A DNA stretch of 64,000 nt. It comes from Cenococcum geophilum (Eukaryota). Positions 54,990 through 64,000 of the stretch are shown here, in pieces. A program made the translations under genes and the position numbers. How positions within the stretch are numbered: position 1 is the first letter of the stretch; the number at the start of each line of letters is the position of its first letter. Under the pieces are notes generated by a model. That model worked only from the letters and a program-made list of their open reading frames with translations. It did no database searches and was not told where the DNA came from. The stretch is from the NCBI GenBank assembly GCA_050273025.1, contig CP158635.1, positions 2,170,001-2,234,000 of the forward strand. The letters run 5' to 3'.

Positions 54990-55693
54990 ACCTAGGAGCT
55001 ATTAGAAAATTTAAAGAATACTATAGGAAAGGTATAGAAGTATCGGAAGAGATTAGGTTAGGCAGCATTAATAAAAAAAGATCGCTAAAGAATAAGTTAC
55101 CTAAGGGGAACCTAAAAAGAGTAGTTACCAAACTACTTAGATCTATTTCCTTCTCTATTAGAAGAAAATCTATTCTTTTATTACTAAGTTCCTATAAACC
55201 CTATTTTATAAGTTTCTACTCCTTAAAACGGACCTTTTTATATACCTTTTTAAGACGGATTAACTAAGCGGATGCCGTAAGATAAGACTTAAGGGCCTAT
55301 TGCTAAGCATTAGCAGCCTCCTATTTAGCGTTATAAGAACGGCGCAGTTCCGCTAAAGTAATAAATAGTTTATTATCTAGCTGTGTAGCAGTAGATTAAA
55401 TATAAAACCCTAAGATAAATTAACTAGGGAACTAGACAACTATTAAGAGTAATAGGTTGCGTATATTTAGTATTAGAGATAGAGTGGACGTTATAGGATA
55501 AATAAATATTTGCTTTAGTATACTTTAAGTAAAAGGATAGTTATTATAAAGATAGGTTCGCTAATATAATATAAACTAACCCCTTTTTTAAATAGCAAGA
55601 ATATAGAGATAGTATAATCTCACTAAGGGATAATATTATAGCGATAGTGTGAGTACGACAAGTAGTTAAGGAAGAAGAAATTACTTTAGGTAT
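54990..55693 (-). pseudogene. Antisense Zn2Cys6-like accessory gene of A4 (3' end approximate)
   Basis: Collinear with the A2 and A3 copies, including the CTAG acceptor. Confidence 0.68.
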
Positions 55694-57569
55694 AATAAGT
55701 AATAATATTAACTAAATTAATTAGACGGATATTATACTTCTAGTAAACAACTTAGAGATATTTAGAATCTTTAAGGACGAAAATAAAGAGGAGGGAGATA
55801 GTGTTATAGACGCTTTAAGTATAATATTATAACTACTTAGAGAAGAGTTAAAAGAAGCTAGTTAGTTAATATAAGTACGGTCTAGAATAGAGCCGATAGA
55901 GCTATATAATAAAGAATAGTAACTAAGGTTATATAATATAATCTATATAATCTATAGGATCTATATAATCCATAATAGAGTAGATAGAGCGTATATATAT
56001 TATATATAAGAAGGATTTTATAAGAGTACGGTTGTGTATTTAAGGACCCTTAGTCCCTACCTAGATAGTTCCTTCCTTATAGTAATTCTTAGAATATAAT
56101 TAAAGTTAATCTATTAGGTAACTACTCCACTAGTTATTATTACGTTATTAACTTTAATTTATATTACCTATACACCCAGCCTATTAACGAGCCTATCGTA
56201 GTTCCTGCTATAAGGTTCCGTTACATTTAGTTATAGGAAAACCTTAGTACTAAGTTATAAATAAACTTATATAGTTTTAAGAAGTTAGATAAAATTAAAG
56301 GTTTATATACTTTTCTAAACTAAGAATATGTAGTAGGATCTATTTTTATAGTGCCGAGGTAGTTATAAGTATAATATATTAAGTAGAGTCTATAATATAG
56401 TATAGTATAATTTAAACCCTTTATTGCTAAACCTATACGCCCTTATATTGCTTATATATATCTCTAGATTAAAACTAGCTACGCAAGAGCTTTATAACCT
56501 TAGTTTAATTTTAGTAGTTTAGTTTAGGGACGCTTTAAAATAAACGGGTATATAATTTTTTTAATAGTTATATCCTTACTTTATACAGAGTATTACTATA
56601 GTGTTTACGGCCTTCTTAATATACTCCTCATTATCTCCCAGCTTAATAATATTTTTTATTAAATATTAATTTTACTTTTAGCCCATCTACTTCTAGGTAA
56701 GTAACCGTTAGCCCTCGTCTTAGATTCCTTTTTAAAGAGAATACTAGTAGCTATAGGGGCGAGCTAATAGGCATTCTAGCTGTAAGAATACATTTATTTA
56801 TAAATAATAAAGGCGAGTTAACTAATATAGGTAATCCTTATTAGGGCGGACTTGGTATAATATTAATGCCTCTTTTTAAATAGGTATTAATAGCTAAAAA
56901 GCTAATAGATTTATTATATTAAAAGTATATTGCAAATATATTTATAGTATAAGAGCTAAGCTTTCTCCTACTTATTTAATTTTAATATTAGTAACTTTTA
57001 GTCTTATAGTAGCTAGTTTCCCACTTTTTAGTAAGAGGTCCTTATTTAGAATAAGGAAGCTAGTTAAGTATCTTCTTAAATTATACTTATTTACTACCTA
57101 GACTAATATTATCCTTTTTAATATCTTATGCGCAAGTATAAAATTAGTCGGTTATAGTTAAGTAGTGTTCCTAATACTACGTCTTAGATAATTAAGCTTA
57201 TTAATTAAAGCCTTATTAACCCCCGCTATTACTTTATAAAGTAGGTAAATGGTAAGCTTTTAGGTGGTAGAAAGAAAGTAGTAAAAGACTATATATTTAA
57301 GTGGTCTGTTAAAAATACCTTATCTTTAGATTTAAAGGAGTACTACTTAATGCTAATTAACTATAAAGCCTCTAACTTTTATAAAGAATATTATTAATTT
57401 ATTGCTTAGCTCCTTTATATAGTACGAGAGTTCTACTAGATAAAGATATAATAAATATTATTATTAATTCTATTTAATTTATCCTTTAACTAATCGCGGC
57501 TATATTTAAGGGTTATTAAGGGCAAAAAGGTAAAGTTTTAAATAGGGGTTCCTAATCTAAATAGTCTAC

Positions 57570-57704
57570 TAAATTTAGGTAGTAGTGTAGAGTTCTACTA
57601 GCTCTAATTATTAAATAGACTAATTATAATTTTCTATCCCTAAGATAGAAAATTACTATTAGCTTAGTAAAGGCGATAAGCGGAACTAATATCTTTGCAG
57701 TAAA
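57570..57704 (+). other. Shared cassette, copy downstream of (and antisense to) Gypsy F pol
   Basis: TAATTTTCTATC-CCTAA-GATAGAAAATTA (57627-57655); both flanks match the E copy. Confidence 0.8.
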
Positions 57705-57899
57705 TAATAATAGATAGTTATATATAAATATTCTTTTACCCTTAACTCACTATTAACATATATTAGATTTCTATAACTAAAAAGGTAAATAAGAAAGCGT
57801 AATAGAAAGGGCTTTAGAAAATACGGCAAATAAATAGATAGAATATATAGCTATTATCTATATCCTCTTCCCTACCTTAAAAATTAACTATCCTCCAAT

Positions 57900-60490
57900 T
57901 AAATATTTTGTACTTAGTTCTATTAAATAATCTTTTTAAAATACGCACTTCTTAAACTATGTAGCGTTGCGATACTAATGGATTTTATATTGTATCTTCC
58001 TTAGGTTCTAGCTCTGCTATTATTTCTTATAGTATAATTCCGCCTAACTGGTTAAGCTTATCTTTCTAGCAAACTTTAGATATCTATTATTAATAAAACC
58101 TATTTAATCTATTCTCTAAAGTTTAATTACAGAATAGTATACCGTTAAAATCTTTAATTAAGTACTATCCTTTATAAGGATAACTCTTATATATACGAAA
58201 CAGGCCTAGCTATTTTAGATCTAACTTATAACTACTAGAATAATCTTATCTAAGCTATATATTATAAAGTATAACTATATCTCTAACCTTAAATCCGTCT
58301 TAGTAAATATGATAGGTATTATTAAAATACTTCTTATTTAGTACTCTTAGTCGTCTTATATATATAACAGCCTCTTATATATCCGCGTCTTTTTAGTTAA
58401 ACTACCCCATATAAAGTGCTAGTAGCTCTAAAGTGGTCCGGACTATTTACTAAGGCAGCGTTTGCTAGGTGGGTATATAAAGTTTAATAGGAAGGATATA
58501 CTTACATATATACAACTCTTACTAGTATTATTCCCATAAACCGCTTAATAGTTATTCTATCTGCCCATAAGACAGCATAAAGATTATCTAGCTATAAGCT
58601 ATCTATCTTTGCCAAAGCGCCTATTATAGGTTTATAACCTTATTCTATAAAGCCTTACCCCTATAGGTAATATACAGAAGCTATAACTCTTTTAATATTA
58701 TAGAACTCTACAAGCATAGCTGTAATATTAGCGCTCTCTCCTTTACTATCTATAGAGAGCTATCTAAATACTCCCTATTAGTAGATAATATCTTTTATAA
58801 AGGAACTTTGCTATACTTTTTACATCCTTATTTTAAAGGGCCTAAGCCTTTACCTATCTAGATATATATTCTTAAGCAATAGCTAGGTACTAAAATCTAA
58901 GACGGTTTAGCGGTATAAATATAATACCTACTATTACTTATTGCTATAAGGTAGACTCCTATATAGGGTATATTACTTCTTCTTCCTATCCTAACTATTG
59001 CCCCTAGCACTATAGGTATAACTTAATATACTATAATATCTAATCCTATAGCCCTAACTACTAGTACGTTCCCTCTTATCTATAATATCCACTCTAATTA
59101 TAAAGACTTTTAATAGTTTCTTACTAAGTAGCCTTATTGTTAACTGCTTTCCGTATTAGTATATTTTTAGACTATTAGCGGAAGAGCTGCTAATTATATA
59201 CTAGGAACTTTAGCGTATATTACTTAAACTTTTTAAATTCCTTAGTATTTATCTCTTCTAAACACTATAAAGTTACTAGCTATTTCGTAATTCTCTAAAA
59301 TTTCTCTAAATATAAGTCTTCTAGTGGTAGACCTGCTTCCATTTTAAGAGGGCTAGCTATATATTCTAAGGTACTTAGCTTATAGTTAATAAACTCTTTA
59401 ATATCCTTAGTTGGCTTATTAGGTTATTTGCTACTAGGCAGCCGTTATAAAAGTCTATTAGCTAGGCTATTTTTCCTTCCTAATATATATCTAATATTAA
59501 AGTCCTATAGCTAGATCTATGCTAGCTATCTTATTATTAAGGCTTCTGGTAAATTAGTAGTAGTATAATTTAGTTATATAACTAAGGTATTTATATCCAC
59601 CTTAACTATAAAGTAAACGCCGTATAGGTGCACGCGATACTTTTTTAATATATATAGTAACGCCTAATACTTAAGCTTTTCTAAATTATATTTCTATTCC
59701 AATTAAGACTAAATACCGCTCTTATATTAACATGGGTAATAATAACCTTATATATTTAGTTATATAAGGCCGCGCCCCTATCCATTCTTGTATCTATTAA
59801 TAGCAAGAATAATTAACCTAGCCCCCTTAGTATAATCTAGCTAAACCAATACGAGTATAGTAATAATTATATACTTTAGAGTCTTTATAGCGGTAATCTG
59901 CTCTATATCCTATATAAATAGAACATTTACTTATAGCAGTTAGAAGATTAGCTCTGTCTTAGCTATAAAGTCTTTTACCTATATTTAGTAATATATAACA
60001 ACTCCTAGAAATACTTAGGCAGATATAACGTCTTTATAGTCTCTTTAGTAAATAATCTTTGTAACCTTTAACTCTTCTAAATATTATCCCTTTTTATTAC
60101 AACGGTAACCAATTACTATAATCTTATCTTTATAGAAATAAGACTTTACGCCTAAGATTATACATCTAGCTTATTTTAAATCTACGAGTACTCTATTTAG
60201 CTATATAATATATTCCAAAATATATTAACATATGCCTAAAAGACTCTCTTCTCCATTATATACTATCTATAGGCCTTTTACTATAATATTATTTAGAAAT
60301 GGTAAGGTATAGTATAGAATATATCGCTTTAGGATCTTAGTAATTGTCTATATAAACTAGGCTACTAAATTTATACCTTTTATAGGTACTATCGTTTATT
60401 ATAGAAGTCTTAAAGGCATTATAAAGGCCATTAGGTTTCTACTTTCTATATTAAGCTCTAGCTAGTTATAGCTAGAGAAAAAGTCTACTA
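57900..60490 (-). pseudogene. pol: Truncated pol (RT-RNase H-integrase) of a third Gypsy-type family F; no LTR identified
   Basis: De-RIPed minus strand: VDFFSGYDQ ~60490, PFLDDI ~60300, IILAVD ~59815, EDIICRxGVF ~58795, AYHPQGQG ~58675, KLDPKWLGPF ~58225. Confidence 0.8.
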
Positions 60491-61345
60491 TATATTCTAT
60501 AGGCTTTTGAGGGGTTTAAGGCCGTAACTATCTCTGCTGCTCTTGGCTTTCTACCTAGCTCTCTACCCAGTTAACTATCTAATTGCGATTATTCCTTTAG
60601 TGTCTATAATTGTAAAGCTGGCGATCTACGATTAAGCTAGGGCCTTAAGTATTTTAATGTGGATTTAGAACGATTATATTAACTAATTTTTGCAACTCTT
60701 CCTTAGTAATTTCCTTAATTTCCTTACAGCTTTGCGTAGGAAGGAAGAATTGTAAATAGCTATTAGGTAAACTACAGTAATTGCGTAATGTCTCGTAGCC
60801 CATTTAAAGTACCTTAACGATTATAGGAAGCTTGCGATTAGCTTCTTTATAGAGCTGCTTTTAGCTTTACTACCTTTCCTTTACACCCTCTCTTTATAAT
60901 TATTACCTCTTTTAAGTTCTATAATCTTTTAAATATAGTAAGGGACCCTCTTAATCCACTGCTAAATTTGCTACTACTTAAGATCTTACTAAGCTCTAAG
61001 CTAAGCCTTTTTATAGCTGCACAAGAAGTAAGTAGGCCCCTTTTTATAGTAACTTGTTTTAAGTAGCCCTAGTAAGGCTTAATTATATTTAGATTAGGCG
61101 AATTACCTAGCTAAAGAAGATATTAAATCTCGCAGGCATTAAAGTAGGTTTAGTAAATCTTTGCTATATAAGAAGTAGTCTTATCTTCCTATACAATTAT
61201 ATTAAGATTTAAGTATATAAGGCTTTAGGTAAATAGAAGAAGTTTTAGTATTAGGATATTCGTTAAATATCGCCACTAGTTAATTCTACCTCTACTTAAT
61301 TAAGTAAAAGCTCTATACAATAGTGTAAACTTCTACTTAGTAGGT

Positions 61346-64000
61346 TATTACGGAACCCCACCGTAGGGGCCTCCATAGGAGAGCCCCGTGCTCTCGCGTA
61401 CACCTCGCGTACAGCTTATGTCAGCTACGCGTAGGTATATCACCTCCTTACAATCGATCGCGTAATGTTTTGTAGACTCCTCAAATACATACGCTCTGTA
61501 GCCACTGCCCCCGTTCTATAACATTACGTTACGCCTTTTTACTACTAACGCTTAGCCTACGACTAATTCTATATCTTTATAATACTATAGGCGCTACTAA
61601 AAGTAGCGTATTTATAAATTACCTTACTTTATACTTTTAAGGAACCTATAATAGTAAGATAATATTCCTTACTAGCTACTATATTAAACCTAAAGAATAA
61701 TTTAATACCTATACTTAATCTACAACGCCAATCAATCCTAGGAGAATTTAATTTATTAGCCCTAGCCTTAACCCCTAAGGAGATAGATACCAATAATGTC
61801 TTATTTTTTATTAACTATATAACTACGGATAAGTAAACGGAAGGGCTACTACCTATTAAAATTAAAATATAAGACGTTAAGATGTTTGTAAAAATAGTAA
61901 TATAAGACCCTAATAAATACTACCGCCTTTTATAGAACTATTACCTAAAGTTTATATAAGCTGAGATATATACTACTTAAGATCGTGATATTATCTAGGA
62001 CTTATAAGCTTATAAGGCGCTCGCTAATAACACACGTTAAGAAACTAAAGATAACCTCTATATATCTAAACGCGACGTCTAATAATTAAAGAAGAATAAG
62101 ATTATACTAATTTCTATAGTTACTAAAAAAGAAGGCATAATTAAATACCTATAATTTTAGCTTAATAAGCACATTTATAATAACGTTAGATACTTCTTTA
62201 CTATATATAACGCCACCTAAGTCTCTACGCCCCTAGCAACTTTATCTACTTAACGCTTAACGGAGGGTTAGCGTTAAGCAGCTTTACCTAATAGAAACCC
62301 CTACTAAAGTAGCGATAATAAAAGCCATAATAATTAAACCTAAACTGCTACCGTAGGGTTTAATATATACTACCCTAATCCTTTAGTTTTTTAAGGAGAC
62401 TGTAAGGAATATAGCCACTAGAAGATATAAATCCGCGAAAAACTAACTTAGAGCACCTACCTTTTTCCTACGGAAGATACTAAGATTGGCTATATTATTG
62501 GGCGAATAAAGGGTATACTATTTAATAGACTCTTTGCTTAATAGGAGACTAGTAGCCGCTAAAAGTAGTAGTCTTACTAAGAAGTTCTTAACGATCTCAA
62601 CCTAATATACTATAACTATAACCTACTAGCCACTAACTGAGCTAAACTACGTGCCTTAAAGATAAGCCCTACTGAATTATTTAATAAGTTCTATATTAAA
62701 TTCTAGAAATATACTAGAGCCCTCGCCTAAGACAATACTAAAGACTAAGAGGATCTCCTTAAAAAGTTACTTATTGCCTTAGTTACGCAGCCGCTAGCTA
62801 TAACTATAACGATATTTATAAGATAGTAGCAGTCCTATAAAAGATTAAATAATAACTAAATTAGATTGCTACTATTAATTCTTACTTAAAGACCTCTTTA
62901 TAGAAGCCCTCTAGGCCTATTAAACCTATATATACTAAGCTACTAACGCCTACTACCTTAAGTACTACTAGAGCCAATATTAACCTCTCTATACTAACCT
63001 TTCTATAAAAACTCCTAGATAGAGAGTATAAGCTACTTTAGAAACTAGAACACTACTATAGATGCTATTAAAAAGGCTGTTATTATAATAACCTAAACTG
63101 CCTAATAGCTAGGTTTAGTACCTACCGCCTAATACTTAACCTAATGCCCTAAATACTAAATACGTTGCTATACGCCACTACCGTATAAGATAAAGACGTA
63201 GTAATAGTAGTAGAATTAGATATGGAAGCGGAAAACACTAAGTCCTAGCCCTAAGTTATAGGTTAGGACGCCCTAATAATAGAAGGATCTATATATTGGC
63301 CTACTTAATAAATAACTTAATAAAAATAAATAGATAAAAATAGATAGTTTTACCTATAATAGGAACTACTGCTATAAAATAATATAAAAGCCGTTTTATA
63401 ATTAACTATAGAGCTACTAACTAATTTGTAGATATTTAACTTGTGCGTACTTATAACCTACCTACTTTACCCCCTACTAAATCCCGCGCCCTATAACTCG
63501 CTAATAGTAGTTATACTATATAGAAGATTACCTACGTAGTATAACTCTACTTAGATATAAATGGGCACCAGAAAGAGCTCTAGGCCTATATTATACTACT
63601 TACTAACTACCCTATTGTCCTTAGAATAAGCTAGCTTAAATAACACAACCCTACTATTAACTAGGAAAAGAAAGAAGCAACCTTTAACTCTAAATACTAT
63701 AGAGAGACTTGCCTTGGATATAGCCTAGCCGTCTCTATTTACTTATTAGGATATTAACCTAAGAAACCCCTTATTATTCTACCTATAATTAACTGCTACT
63801 ATATAAGTGCTATGGCCTTCTACCGTATAGTATATAGGAAAGGCTAAACTGTTACTATAGCTTCCTAATTATAACTATATAAGCTTAATAAAGAATAAAA
63901 CTACGTCCTCTATAGTAATAGGATAGATATAGTTAACCTTCTAAAAGATAACGCCTCTGCGAAACTCTACGGACTTTTACCTTTAAACTTTAAGAAGTTT
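61346..64000 (+). mobile_element. 5' part of Gypsy element G (LTR, gag, protease; runs off the window)
   Basis: Putative LTR 61346-61523 (TATTACGG..ATAACA); retrotransposon-gag-like FPTEDxKIGY ~62463; CYRC ~63055; protease IDxGAT ~63400; IVLGxxWLxxHNPxIDW ~63613. Confidence 0.8.

Larger units (their letters stand above)
42445..56225 (+). mobile_element. Gypsy family A copy A4; both LTRs present, integrase deleted, interrupted by element E
   Basis: LTRs 42445-42868 and 55802-56225; TSD TTTAG (42440-42444, 56226-56230); gag from 42915; protease ~52905; RT YLDD ~53868; deletion junction ~54545. Confidence 0.94.

Noticed and set aside
1..64000. Alternative genetic code or stop-codon readthrough to explain the many in-frame TAA/TAG
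   Set aside because: Stops vary between sister copies and derive from CAA/CAG/TGG/CGA by transitions, as expected from RIP.

Overview
This is an AT-rich fungal (filamentous ascomycete-type) heterochromatic window with no intact host gene. It is a nest of transposons degraded by repeat-induced point mutation (RIP): strong TpA excess, CpA/TpG depletion, and copies differing almost only by C>T/G>A. Target-site duplications (TSDs) resolve the nesting. Four copies of one chromoviral Ty3/Gypsy family are present: A1 1-4741 (-), A2 4742-39333 (+), A3 20625-35699 (-), A4 42445-56225 (+). There are two GalEa-like Ty1/Copia elements (B 10038-37837; C 13105-19723 inside B), a full-length Tad1-like LINE (24082-31168, inside A3) and an internally deleted derivative of it (40058-41447). 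A second chromovirus E (43768-50679) sits inside A4. The window also holds two solo LTRs, a 168-bp MITE, a truncated Gypsy pol (F) and the 5' part of another Gypsy (G). Three signals stand out. (1) An HDV-like self-cleaving ribozyme fold begins exactly at base 1 of the LINE. (2) Every family-A copy with a 3' end carries an antisense, intron-containing accessory gene whose de-RIPed product has GAL4-type Zn(II)2Cys6 spacing plus a coiled coil. (3) A mosaic hairpin/CCAAT-like cassette is shared by the post-pol regions of four unrelated Copia and Gypsy elements. All protein readings are manual de-RIP reconstructions; no database searches were run.
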